Assembly: GCF_023055435.1 (NCBI RefSeq)
Contig: NW_025964001.1
Coordinates: 20,088,001 to 20,152,000 of the forward strand
Reading direction: 5' to 3'
DNA: 64,000 nt
Source: Haliotis rufescens
Taxonomy: Eukaryota
Below the pieces are notes generated by a model, which did no database searches, was not told where the DNA came from, and was given only the letters and a program-made list of their open reading frames with translations. A program made the position numbers and the translations under genes. Below, in pieces: positions 49,701 to 61,300 of the stretch (positions are counted from its first letter, which is position 1; each line of letters starts with the position of its first letter).

Positions 49701-50479
49701 CGCACATTTTCTATGTGAGGAATGGAACCCACTCCGGTGAAACGAACGAACGTTTTAACCAATAGGCCCCACCGGATATGAGTCTTATATCCTATTTTAC
49801 ACGCCGCTGATTAGGTATCTCTTTATACTTGTCATCCTCAAACAGGAATTTATTTTTATTTTTCTAAGTTGGACAGGGCCATACTTTAATGTGGTCATAC
49901 GACGCTCCAACATTGACTTAAAAAACAAAACAAAATACCTATATCGCGCTCCTGTGACTGTATTTGCATTTGTTAAAATATCGAAAACTCAAGCCATTTA
50001 TTAACAATTATCTGTAAACCAATAACAACTATAAACTACAATATAATATTTTTTATATTGAGCAAATGTAAAATACATTATGATTTTGCTGTTAAGACAG
50101 AGCCCAGCTTTAAATGCATTATGGAATTCTGGGTAATAGTAATGCGCATAGTTATCATTCAATTTTTTTTAATAGGATTGTTTTTTATGTTGATTATTAT
50201 ACGATGTGTATTCTATATAAATTACAAGACTATTACATGGTGTATTTGTTACTTCAATCGTAGTAACTTTGCATTTATTTATTCCCGTAAACTCCCGTAA
50301 TGTTCAAAGTAGGTTACACTCTCTCACTATCCGAAAAGTATTTTGTAAATATCTTTTCAATTTGACAATAAAACACTTCATAACTTCACTCACAAAATAT
50401 AATATAATTTTAGAAGTTGTTGCGATACAAATAAACTGTCTCACATGTGGTAATTCTGCAAACGCAACATAACATTTTG

Positions 50480-50670
50480 CGTTCGAGATGAATGCGAATA
50501 ATGGCGGGAGACCCCCTGCGTAGCGAGAGGAAAGTCATGGTTTATTTGCGGCTGCCTGCCATTGCCCGCTCCCAATACTACAACTCGCAAATCGCCATAT
50601 TGGTAGCTGGCGTTCTGGGGACTTTGCTCCGGATGCAAGCAGACATTTTGTGCATAATACTACCAAGAAG
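50480..50670 (+). promoter_or_regulatory. Putative INO80 promoter and 5' UTR exon
   Basis: CpG-rich patch, two YY1-like ATGGCG motifs (50498-50507 plus strand, 50593-50601 minus strand), donor AAG|GTATGA at 50670/50671. Confidence 0.6.
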
Positions 50671-53511
50671 GTATGAAACAATCATTTGTTGTCATTGCCT
50701 TCGCATTCGTAGACATGTTTTCGTCTGCTTTTGCCGGTTTTGAAACAAGGTTGATGATTTTAGCGAGAGAATGAAGGAAATGCTGACGAGCAGGCGAAGG
50801 AAGAATAAGAAGCACGAGGTCGCGGGGACCGCAGTGCTGTGTTGTGATATGCAATAAATCTCATTCATAGTACATATAGACGGCCACATGAGCCAACTTG
50901 TTGATTAGTCTACTTACGTGCCTATACACAATTATTTAAAACACTACAGAAATTGATCCGATTCTCATCGGGATGTTATAAGAAATAACCTTGATAAATT
51001 CATTACCTTGGAAATCGGAAGCACGTGGAAAGATACTCGTCGTCCTATATCATACTCATTGCCATCATAATAAATGGCATTCTCTACATACGACACAACG
51101 TGAAAAATAAAAACAACGATTCTCTGAGGAAATAAATGAGACCGTAGCCTAATAATAATACCAGCCCTTGATTCTGATTACGCTGATATCACAGACAAAT
51201 CGTATGTATGTATTGGGGCTAAATACAGTTATTTGTCAAACATTGGAGTAAGAAATCATTAATTTTCTTTCATGTTTTTTTAGTAGCACAGACCAATTGG
51301 TGCCTCCTTAAATCTGGCGTAAGGTTGTAGTCCTATGTCAGGATGGCAAAAGTAGGCCTATATTATTTTGAAGTAGGGATCTACCAGCAACCATATACTT
51401 ATATATGGTATCTTACTGCAGTTAGGACAATAATTAATGGGGAATTCAAATGAAGAATTTGAACCGAAATATTGCAAAAATTGGGTTGGCTGATGTTTTC
51501 TACACAAAAGTTTTCTTGTAATTTTATATTGACATGGTCACAAATATTTTTGATTGACACAAAATCAATCATAGCCAATACGCCTGAATGGATTTATCTA
51601 GGCAATCTCAGAGGCCAATTTTCTGCCAGAAGTCTGTTGTAAATTCACAAATTATCAGTTATAACCAATGTTTCAGCTTTGCAAAGGTGACATGTATTGA
51701 GTGAGAAAAGGCTTTGATATATTACAGCTTATATCATTACATTGAGTGCAATGTTAACATAGATCTGATATGAAGAAAATCAGAACTTTACAATATCCTA
51801 TTATATTAAGAAAGATGTTCAGTTTTTCCTGTTGGTTTTATATATGCTGGTCATAGGGACTGGGAGCACAAGACAATAGCAGACTTTGTTTTATTTGCTG
51901 TTCACTGTTCACTAACTTCCATTTCAACATTTTGTGTCCTGACCAAATAGTTTTCCCAGATGAACTTTTGACAATTGTTGTCTGCAATGTTCTTGAATGT
52001 TCGTTGTAATGTTCTTGAATAATGTTACACACATGTCCCAGTCATAACATGTTGGCATAATTCGAACACATTGTGTTATTCTTCTGAGAAGTTCTGGGCT
52101 AACAAAGATTGGTAAACTAACCAATTGACAATGACAATAATTCATCTCTGTAACATATGTATATTCTAAAAATGGAAATCTCCGCATGTCATTTACATTT
52201 CAGTAATATTTGTTGATACATTTACAATGAAGTCTTACTGAGAGAAGCTCTACTGTCAGTCTGTGCCCAAAACTAGTACTAGCCCAAACATGACTCTTTG
52301 CTTCAATTTCAGTCAATGTAAGAGTTAAAACATGGACTATTATTAGCTACGCTTACTAGACTGAACAGAAATTTACTAGATTAAGATTCAGACAAGTTGC
52401 TTAAGTTGCAGACTGCTGTAGCTCTGTAGGCAGTGGCACTTAGAATTTGAGGGGGGGTGGGCATCTATTAAAACTATACACAAGAAGTCAAATTTGTTTA
52501 CAGAAATTGAGCGGTAGTGAACGAACTTAGTTCGAACATTGATAATAGTTAGGGGGTAATCTACACCTCCTGCATTGCTGTTTTCTGTGTAAAAGTCGGT
52601 AACATACACCAAAAAAATATGAACTTTCGTAAATTTTAGTTTCAATACCTAGTTGCTTACCTAGGGGTCTTACCTCACTTGACGTGAAGGGCTGTGTGAG
52701 CTTATGTTTTATCAAGTTGTCATCATCCAAAGACCTTTTACATGCTTGTTCCCATCAACACTCAAATTTTTCAAGATGTTTTTAATACAGCTGTATTTTA
52801 AACCCTATTTATGACATTTACTCAATACTCGGGCAATATTGTTCAAATTATGATGAAATTGGTGTGTGTTTAATTAGTAGAAGGGCTCAAGATGTCTGTT
52901 TTGGGTGGATATTTTAAATTTGTACCTTCATTTCACCTTTGCACATTGACCATTCTCCCAAATGCTCTCGGAATGCAATTCTGTGCTTTGTAAGCATTAA
53001 GGGTGAAACAAAACTCAGATGCACCAGGAATGGTACATGGCCTTCAATATGATACATATGGACATGTATCGCAATACCCGATGATAACAAAATGCATAAA
53101 TAACCCTATCTAAATAGGGATAAATATGTACTTGAAATGCCACCCGCATCTCACAAATCAGCAGTTTTGGATATTTTGGTTGTAATTAACTTACGGATTA
53201 TCACACAGTATTCTGACTTTAAACCATTTATTTCCATAGCAGCAAATAGAAAAGCTAGAGTCATGTATTTCACCTTACATAATATTGAAACTGCAATTTG
53301 GTGTGCGATAATTCTGATGGCCATGTTAGAAATGTTGTTTAGGATGACTTCTCACCAATTTTGTCAGTGTGTACACAATATAAGTATTGATGCATTTAGA
53401 ACCCCCACAACAGTGTCAGTTTCCTTATTTTGATAGCCGAAAGTTGCTTTTGTTTTGGGCCCTTGTGTGACTTATCTTCAAAGAAGTTGACTTCAGTGCA
53501 GATTTAAGTTA

Positions 53512-53854
53512 CCGTATTCGACGTAATAAGCGCCCAGGGCGCTCTCAAAATTAGAATTAGGGGGCTCTTATTAGAATATTATTTTGGTGGAAAAAACAGA
53601 GTTGAAAGATAAATTTCGTGGTTTATGCTGATGGCCTGACTGTTTATATACGACAGATATATTTTTCCAGAATTTAATTGCCCATAATTAAGGGTGCATA
53701 TAACACATGAGTGCGTATTATACACGAATAAATAAGTCTTGCGTACATTGATCAATCAGAAGGGGTGCTAATTGGGATTGTTCATTTGCCAATATATTAG
53801 CAAATATCGCCATGGGCGCTTATTAGAGCGGGGCGCTTATTACGTCGAATACGG
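53512..53854. mobile_element. Same MITE family, copy 2
   Basis: Same TIRs, TA TSD, near-identical interior. Confidence 0.92.
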
Positions 53855-54157
53855 TAAGTGTTTTCTGCAACCATAATGAAGAAGGAAATCACATTTAAAA
53901 CTGGGACATCCCACTTGACCGTTTGTTCTCAATAAGAATTGTTTGAATAGTCATGTTATTTTATCAAATGTAGTCTGTCACCTTGTCACACACACACCCT
54001 CTCTCTCTCCCACCCCTGAAATATTTAACATGCAGTCAAGTATATTGTTACAAGCTGATTCAGTATGATTCAGAGTGTTGAAATATTTGATGCTATATAA
54101 ATTCAAAGTGGGCATCATGGGACTTGTACTATTACATCCATGGGATATAGTAATCAG

Positions 54158-54633
54158 TAGGGCTGCAATGAATACACTATGCAGCGAATATGATTTATAT
54201 CACGAATATAGGGTCACGAATATAGGGTAACGAATACGAATATTAATTCACGAATGCAATTACAAGTCAGGAGTTGATGTATTATTTGTTATATTAAGTG
54301 AAACAATAACATGATAAATTATTTGACATGGTTTGTTAATTATAAAGATATTAAACACTCATATACTGCACTTATCTAGGTAATAGTATCTGCTCAAATG
54401 CGACAATGACCAGTGATCACAATACTGTCAAATTAAATATTATAAGAGTGTTCTTTTTTAAGAAAACAATGCATATAATATGTTTTTATGGATATTTTTA
54501 GGTACAGGGTATGTAAATGCACATGATTGCATATTCATAAATATTCGATTCTAGTGGCTACGAATAAGGAATTCAATTCATGAATGAATACGGTTTGATT
54601 CACTGAATACACAAGTAAATCGTAACAGCCCTA
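54158..54633. mobile_element. hAT-like MITE
   Basis: TAGGGCTG...CAGCCCTA TIR, CGAATA subrepeats, TSD GTAATCAG/GTAATCAA. Confidence 0.78.
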
Positions 54634-55182
54634 GTAATCAACGTGTCCGTGTATATTTTTTTGTAATCATATTTTATCCAGACCATATCTCTAAAACTAA
54701 TAGGTATTCTTTCATGAAATTTAGCACACACAAAGACAAGGTTGTCAACTGGTGCCTTTTGCTAAAAAAGGATTTGTAGAGTTTATATTTTTTCCGTTTC
54801 CATTGCAACAAGTTTGACTTTGGCTCTGTTCATAGTGGTGTGTTTGTCCAGACCATATATCAAAAACTAATAGGTATTCTTTCATGAAACTTTGCACACA
54901 CAAAGACCGGGTTGTCAACTGGTGCTTTTGCTGTTTAGGGAGTAGTGCATGACTCCACGCATAATGCATTCTCAAAGCGCACAAAATTTACTAGCTAGGA
55001 AGGGAAAGGTAGCTTAAAGAGATGGATCTTAAGAAAAGTTATGAACACAGAAAAAGTTTCCAATTTTTTAAGTTTATGGGGAAGACGGTTCCATTCAGTG
55101 ACTGCAGTTACCAAGAAGAAATATAGAGTTGTCTTCACTTACTAAAAAACTGGAACTCTGCTTGGTTTTAGGACAATGCACA

Positions 55183-55325
55183 ATGTCCTCGGAGGCCTCC
55201 TTGGAACATAACTATGGACAACAGCTGGCAAAACCTTTACCTGTTCAGGGTTTGGAGCGCTCTCTCAATCTCGCACCACTCCTCACATATGTAGAAAACC
55301 TACTAACAGAACCAATTGGTGAAAG
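55183..55325 (+). CDS. INO80: INO80 coding exon 1
   Basis: MSSEASLEHNYGQQLAKPLPVQGLERSLNLAPLL; acceptor at 55170-1, donor gtatgt. Confidence 0.9.
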
Positions 55326-58300
55326 GTATGTGTAATTCTTTGAAGGGATTGACTTATTGGCATTTGGATGTGATTAGGGATGTCAGCATTTGGAATGTTA
55401 TTATCTATATTTAATAGATGTGTCTAATCAGTAGATCTCATAGATTGATTTTTCATCAATCAGGATTTCTTTGGATGAAATTGTTTTTGCTGAGAAATCT
55501 GTTTTTTTTAAATGTGTTATGTGACTTGAGGTGAAAAATACCCCAAAGGATTTTACCATGATCCATTTCCTACATGGGGATGATTGATAATGATTTTACT
55601 TGTGATTTCCAATATTGTCCAAGTTTTAAGAGTGAGCTTCATGATATGAATTTCTCCGATATCACAGAAAAGTTTTTTGTACAAGTAGATTTTTGGATGA
55701 GGTGTATAATGACAGTAACGTGTCCAGTGTAACACTTCCACATAGCAGAATAGTCCATTTATATTCGTTTTGTAGTATTTTACGCTTCTTTGTTTTGCCA
55801 GTGATGGTACTGATACAGATGCAGAGACCGATATTCTCAAGCCATGTATAAAGGACGGAGAAGGAAACAAGATCCTCAATGGCATTACAATCACTAAAGA
55901 TGGTATGATGATGTGGGACATTATCAGTCACATGTTGTTTACATGGACACACTCCTGAAGCACAATTATGGTTGCACACATAACTTTGGTTTCCAATTTT
56001 GACTTTTTCTGACATTTTACTTGTAAAGTAATTGAAAATCACATTTCATAAGAAATTTCAAAGCACAAAATATAGAATTTCAGTTGTCTCTTTGTCAAAA
56101 CTGAATATTTATGCCAAGGCAATCCTGTTATGTACATTACTATGGGTTTGTGCTTGAAAAAACTTGATATGTTCAGAATCTATATCTATGCTGTCAATTT
56201 AGGAATTTTGAGGAATGATGTATGGTTGAAATACATTTAAGTTGAGCAACTAAATAGGACTTTAAAACATAACTTTTACTGCCTTTCAAATGCAAATTGA
56301 AAAATATTTTACTCCAGTAATTTTAAGGGCATTGAAATCTTTCATTGCAGAAAGAAGAGCAGATAAAACTAGGCTCTACAACTTTAGTAGAGTGAAGAAG
56401 AGTCGTAAGTGGTTGAAAGTAAGTTCTTTATATTTGACCCACTCAGGTCCCTGAGTACAATGGGAAGTATGCGTGACAAACAGTGGGTGTTTACATTCAA
56501 GTGTAAATTTCCCTGTGTTTGTGCATTGTTGACAAAGATGTTTTGCTCACATCACAGAAAGTGCCAGTTTGATAGGGAGCATGTCACAGTGCAGCTTTCA
56601 GGCCCCATGTAGGACAAGCAATCTGTGTAATTCACTCATATTATCCTATTCTAGTCATTCATGACGTTTAGGGATGAATTAGATATAAAAGTGGTTTATG
56701 TGAAAGTCAATCAATTTTTGGTAAGAGGTAGAAACATCTGTTTATCTTAAAATATCTTTTATATGTATATATGTGATCTTAGAGGTACAACGGTTACCGA
56801 CATCCGGTATTGCTGGTTGTGTCTTAGAAACAAATGGCTTTACAGATTATGTTAAAAGGGAACAGATCCATTCTGTTCAAACAGGTTCTTAAACTGACAA
56901 GTCAGTGACTCATGCATTTTAGCAAGTCGGAGATGTTATTTCATTATGGTGATTTATGATGTCTTCAGTTAATGATGGGTTATTAACAATGCATGTAGGT
57001 ACATATATAGGTTACTTCCTTCCATTAGGCTATTGTTTTATGTACAGTCAATGTTTCAGTGTTTAATATTTCTCTTGTACTTCTGTTTTCTATATTCCAA
57101 TGTATGTTACCAAAGTACTCAAAAATGAAAAATATATATCAAATACCATGTATCAATCAATTTGGCTTTTAAGGTGATCTATAATGTATGGTATCACCAA
57201 GGAAGATGGTAAGATAGGGGAGAATATCTGAATGTTCATAATGAATTGTTTGATAGGCATTACTTGGAAGTTGACTGATGACGAAGTATATTCTGTACCA
57301 TGTTCATCATTTATTAGTGCTTGACAACGAAATAAGGATCTATACCGAAATGTCACCTACAGTAATTATAGAAGTTGTTATCCATAAATTGTGTCTACTT
57401 TGGTTAATAATGAAAATATGTTTTTATAATGAGAATATGTTTTTCAAATGAGACAAGGTTTTATTTTTATATCTGTCATAACTCATTTCTATCTTGGCTC
57501 TGTACTGAAACTTACATCTTTCATGTAACATTATGAGATGTCAAATTACTCTGTAATTCCTTCTCTCTACCAGAATATTCTGCTAAGCGACAGCTCATCA
57601 GACGAAGATGATGACCGAACAATCTCACAAGAAGAGCTGCAGTCCATGCTCAAATTCCACAAATTCCAGAAGAAACATCAGATGCATTTCTACCAGGATA
57701 CTGGGGTATGTTCACTCATGTGTAAAATGTCTGTAGTTATTGGACTGAAACCATGGCAACATTGAAAGAATATGCATCTCTTTGAAAATGAAGCTGTTAA
57801 TGCTTTGGATTGAATTTGACCATCACCACTCTTTTCAGCTCACTGCACATGTTATAGACTCCTGGGGATGTTTCTAGTGTGTGATCATTGCTGGTGTGCC
57901 CCTGCTGTGATTGTACTGGAATATTGCTAACATTGGTATAAAAACTTACTCACACTCTGCTATGTGATTGGCAGACATGCAATGTGAAGGTCACTGATAA
58001 ATGACTTGAGTGAGTTTGGTTTTACGCAGTTTTGAACAGTATTTCAGGGATATCACTGCGTGTCTGCAGATACTGGGCACTTACCACTTTGGTGAGATCA
58101 AATCAAGACACATACCATATTCGACTTAATAAGCGCCCAGGGTGCTCTCAAAATTAGAAATAGGGGGCTCTTATCAGAATATAATTTTGGTGAGAAAAAA
58201 AAAACAGATATGAAAGATTTTAAATTTTGTGGTTTATGCTGACAGCCTGAAATGATACAAATGAAAAGTCGGTGTGTATTATACACGACAGATATATTTT

Positions 58301-61300
58301 CAAGAATTTAAATGCCCATAATTAAGAGTGCATAAAACACACGGGTGCGTATTATACACGAATAAGTAAGTCTTGTGTACATTGAGCAATGGGAAGGGGT
58401 GATAATGGGGATTGTTCACTTGCCAATATATTAGCAAATATCGCCTTCTAATATTACGTCTGATACGCTAATCTGTGTAAATTAGGGATTCAAACCCATG
58501 ATCTTAGGTTTCTGATATGCCTAAGGGACACAACTCTGCACAGCAATTTGCAGCATTTTAAAGAACTTGATCAATTGGCCCCAGGAAATTAAGTGTGTTG
58601 TACAGTCATTCCCTGCTTATACGGACTACAGATATCCGGAAACCTCGGTTCCCGGACGATTTTCATTCAATTACTATACTAATTACTATATAAATTTACC
58701 CGTATATCCGGACGGTCATTTTCATACACACAACACTGAAATGCACACAAAATTGTCTCACTTATCTGGACAATACACTTCCGCTGGTGGTAATCCTTCC
58801 GCTGGTGGTAATCCTTTGATTCGTGAGAAGTCAATTAACCAAGTGACACTAAGTTACGTTTGAGACGAGCTTGTTTATAGTATTCACGACCGTCCGTACG
58901 TCCCACCTGTTTGTTGCCGCGATATCTCAAGAACTAAACACTGGATTGTCTTCATATTTGGAACTATGGTGTATATACAGACTCCGCAGACACCAGTCGG
59001 TTTTGGTGACCTTGACCCCATTTTCAAGGTCACAGCAGGCATATCTGCTTTTGGAGTTGGAAAACGGTGTTGCCGCGATATCTCAAGAACTAATCCCTGG
59101 ATTGTCTTCATATTTGGAACTATGGTGTATATACAGACTCCGCAGACACCAGTCGGTTTTGGTGACCTTGACCCCATTTTCAAGGTCACAGCAGGCAAAT
59201 CTGCTTTTTGAGTTGGAAAACGGTGTTGCCGTGATATCTCAAGAACTAATCTCTGGATTGTCTTCATATTTGGTACTAGGGTGTATATACAGACTCCGCA
59301 GACACCAGTCGGTTTTGGTGACCTTGACCCCATTTTCAAGGTCACAGCAGGTAAATCTGCTTTTGGAATTGGAAAACGGTGTTGCCACGATATCTCAAGA
59401 ACTAAACACTGGATTGTCTTCATATTTGGTACTATGGTGTATATACAGGCGGGGGACATTTCGTCACTTCTGTGACAAATACTTGTTGTACATGTAATCC
59501 CCTTCGATAAATATGGCGTCTGTGGAGGTCAGAGGTCAAAGTTGTGTAAGTATGGCCTGTCAACCAGCGAAACGTAAGTGACACGCAGTTACAGCACGCG
59601 AAAAAAAGGGAAATTTTTCTGTTTAAAGAAAAACAACCGTCAGCAAGTTTAGAAACCATCAGTAAGCATTATGGCACTGAATTTGGACATACCATAGGAA
59701 AATCGACAAGTGGTGACAGTTCAAACTTACATGACAGACTTTTTGAAACGTGTATGAATAAAGATTGAGTGGATGTATCTGTTTGCTCTGTCATCTGTCA
59801 TGAGTTGCATAATTGAAGGGAAGTAACTCTTTCAGTAAGAAGCTGGTTTCAGTTATACTGAAATTCGTTTATACGGACGAATTGTGAAATGACGCAAGTG
59901 TCCGTATAAACGAGGCACGACTGTATACACAATCAGCTATGGTTCAATTCTGAATGATGGTGTATTGTCCGTGATACTGAAACTGCTTCATAAAGCATAT
60001 TTTTTGTCATGTCAGTCTCACAGAATTAAGGGACTGCACTCTCAGAGTAAAAACTTGAGTATCATGGATATAGACCATGATGATACACATCAAGATGCTC
60101 AATATGTCAAGATATCCTTCCCTGTGGGGATTGTGGGTTACAATAGGTCCACAGAAACCTATGCTACTTGCTGAGACTAAATGGATTGGGTAGTCAGACT
60201 CCGTGACTTGGTTGATAACCTGATGACGTCGAGTCCCAATAGCCAACAATATCAATCACTGGATTATCATTCTATTATTTACATGCAACCATCGAAAAGC
60301 TTGAAGATGTTAAACCCACATGTTTTATCTGTTATCCCCCCATCTATTTGCAGAGTTTTGCATTTTACTTTTTCTCGATTTGGACTTAGTCTCAAAAAGG
60401 AGGGAAAGGTGTCGTTTCTGGAGCACAACTTGAAAACTGTGAAAGACTTTTCATCTACACCTTGTACATGTATTATCAAGGGCTGAAGTGATGCCTTTTG
60501 CTGTTTAGGAACTTAAAAAAAATAGAAAATAGACTTTTTGATTTCGTTCAGTGTGGTGTTTTTGTCTGGACCACATCTCTAAAACTAATAGGTATTCTTT
60601 CATGACACTTTGCATACACAAAGACCAGTTTGTCAAATTGTGCCTTTTGCTACTTAGGGGTGTGTAGAATTTATTTTATTTCTGTTTCCATGGCAAGAAG
60701 TTTGACTTTGACCCTGTTCATAATGGTGTGTTTGTCCGGCCATATCTCTAAGACTAGTTGGTACTCTTTCGTGAAACTCTGCACACACAAAAACCAGGTT
60801 GTCAACTGGTGCCTTTTGCTATTCGGGTATTTTTAGAATTTTTATTTTTCTGTTTCCATGGCAACACGATTGATTTTGACTGACATAGAAATACAAAGTG
60901 CCAAATAACAATTCCATGGTATTGTTTTGTTAGCTCAATAACTACTCTTGCATACGGACAGACAGATAAGAAAGAAATTCTTTCATCAAGTTGGACTTAA
61001 AGTCACAGATGAATTGTTCTTACAAATTAGTGGGGTCCGGGGGGGGATTTGTCATTTCCAGTAAAGAAATTTAAATTAACATGGTGCAGTTTGTGTTGTG
61101 ATACTGTTTAATCAACTGCATCATATTGCAGTAGGATGCTGTATCTCGGTATAATTCCTTCACTTATAACAGGCTGTTACTTCAGCCTCAAGTCTGAAGC
61201 CTAGGTCAAGTGAAGTTCTGTTTGGTCCAGTAAGTTCATCTTCCCGAGGCAAGGGAGTTAACTGACTTTAAAAGTCCAGTTACCACCCTTGCCTAGCTAG

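Noticed and set aside
58871-59497. 208-aa and 191-aa repeat ORFs
   Set aside because: Translations of a 156-bp tandem array inside an intronic mobile element.
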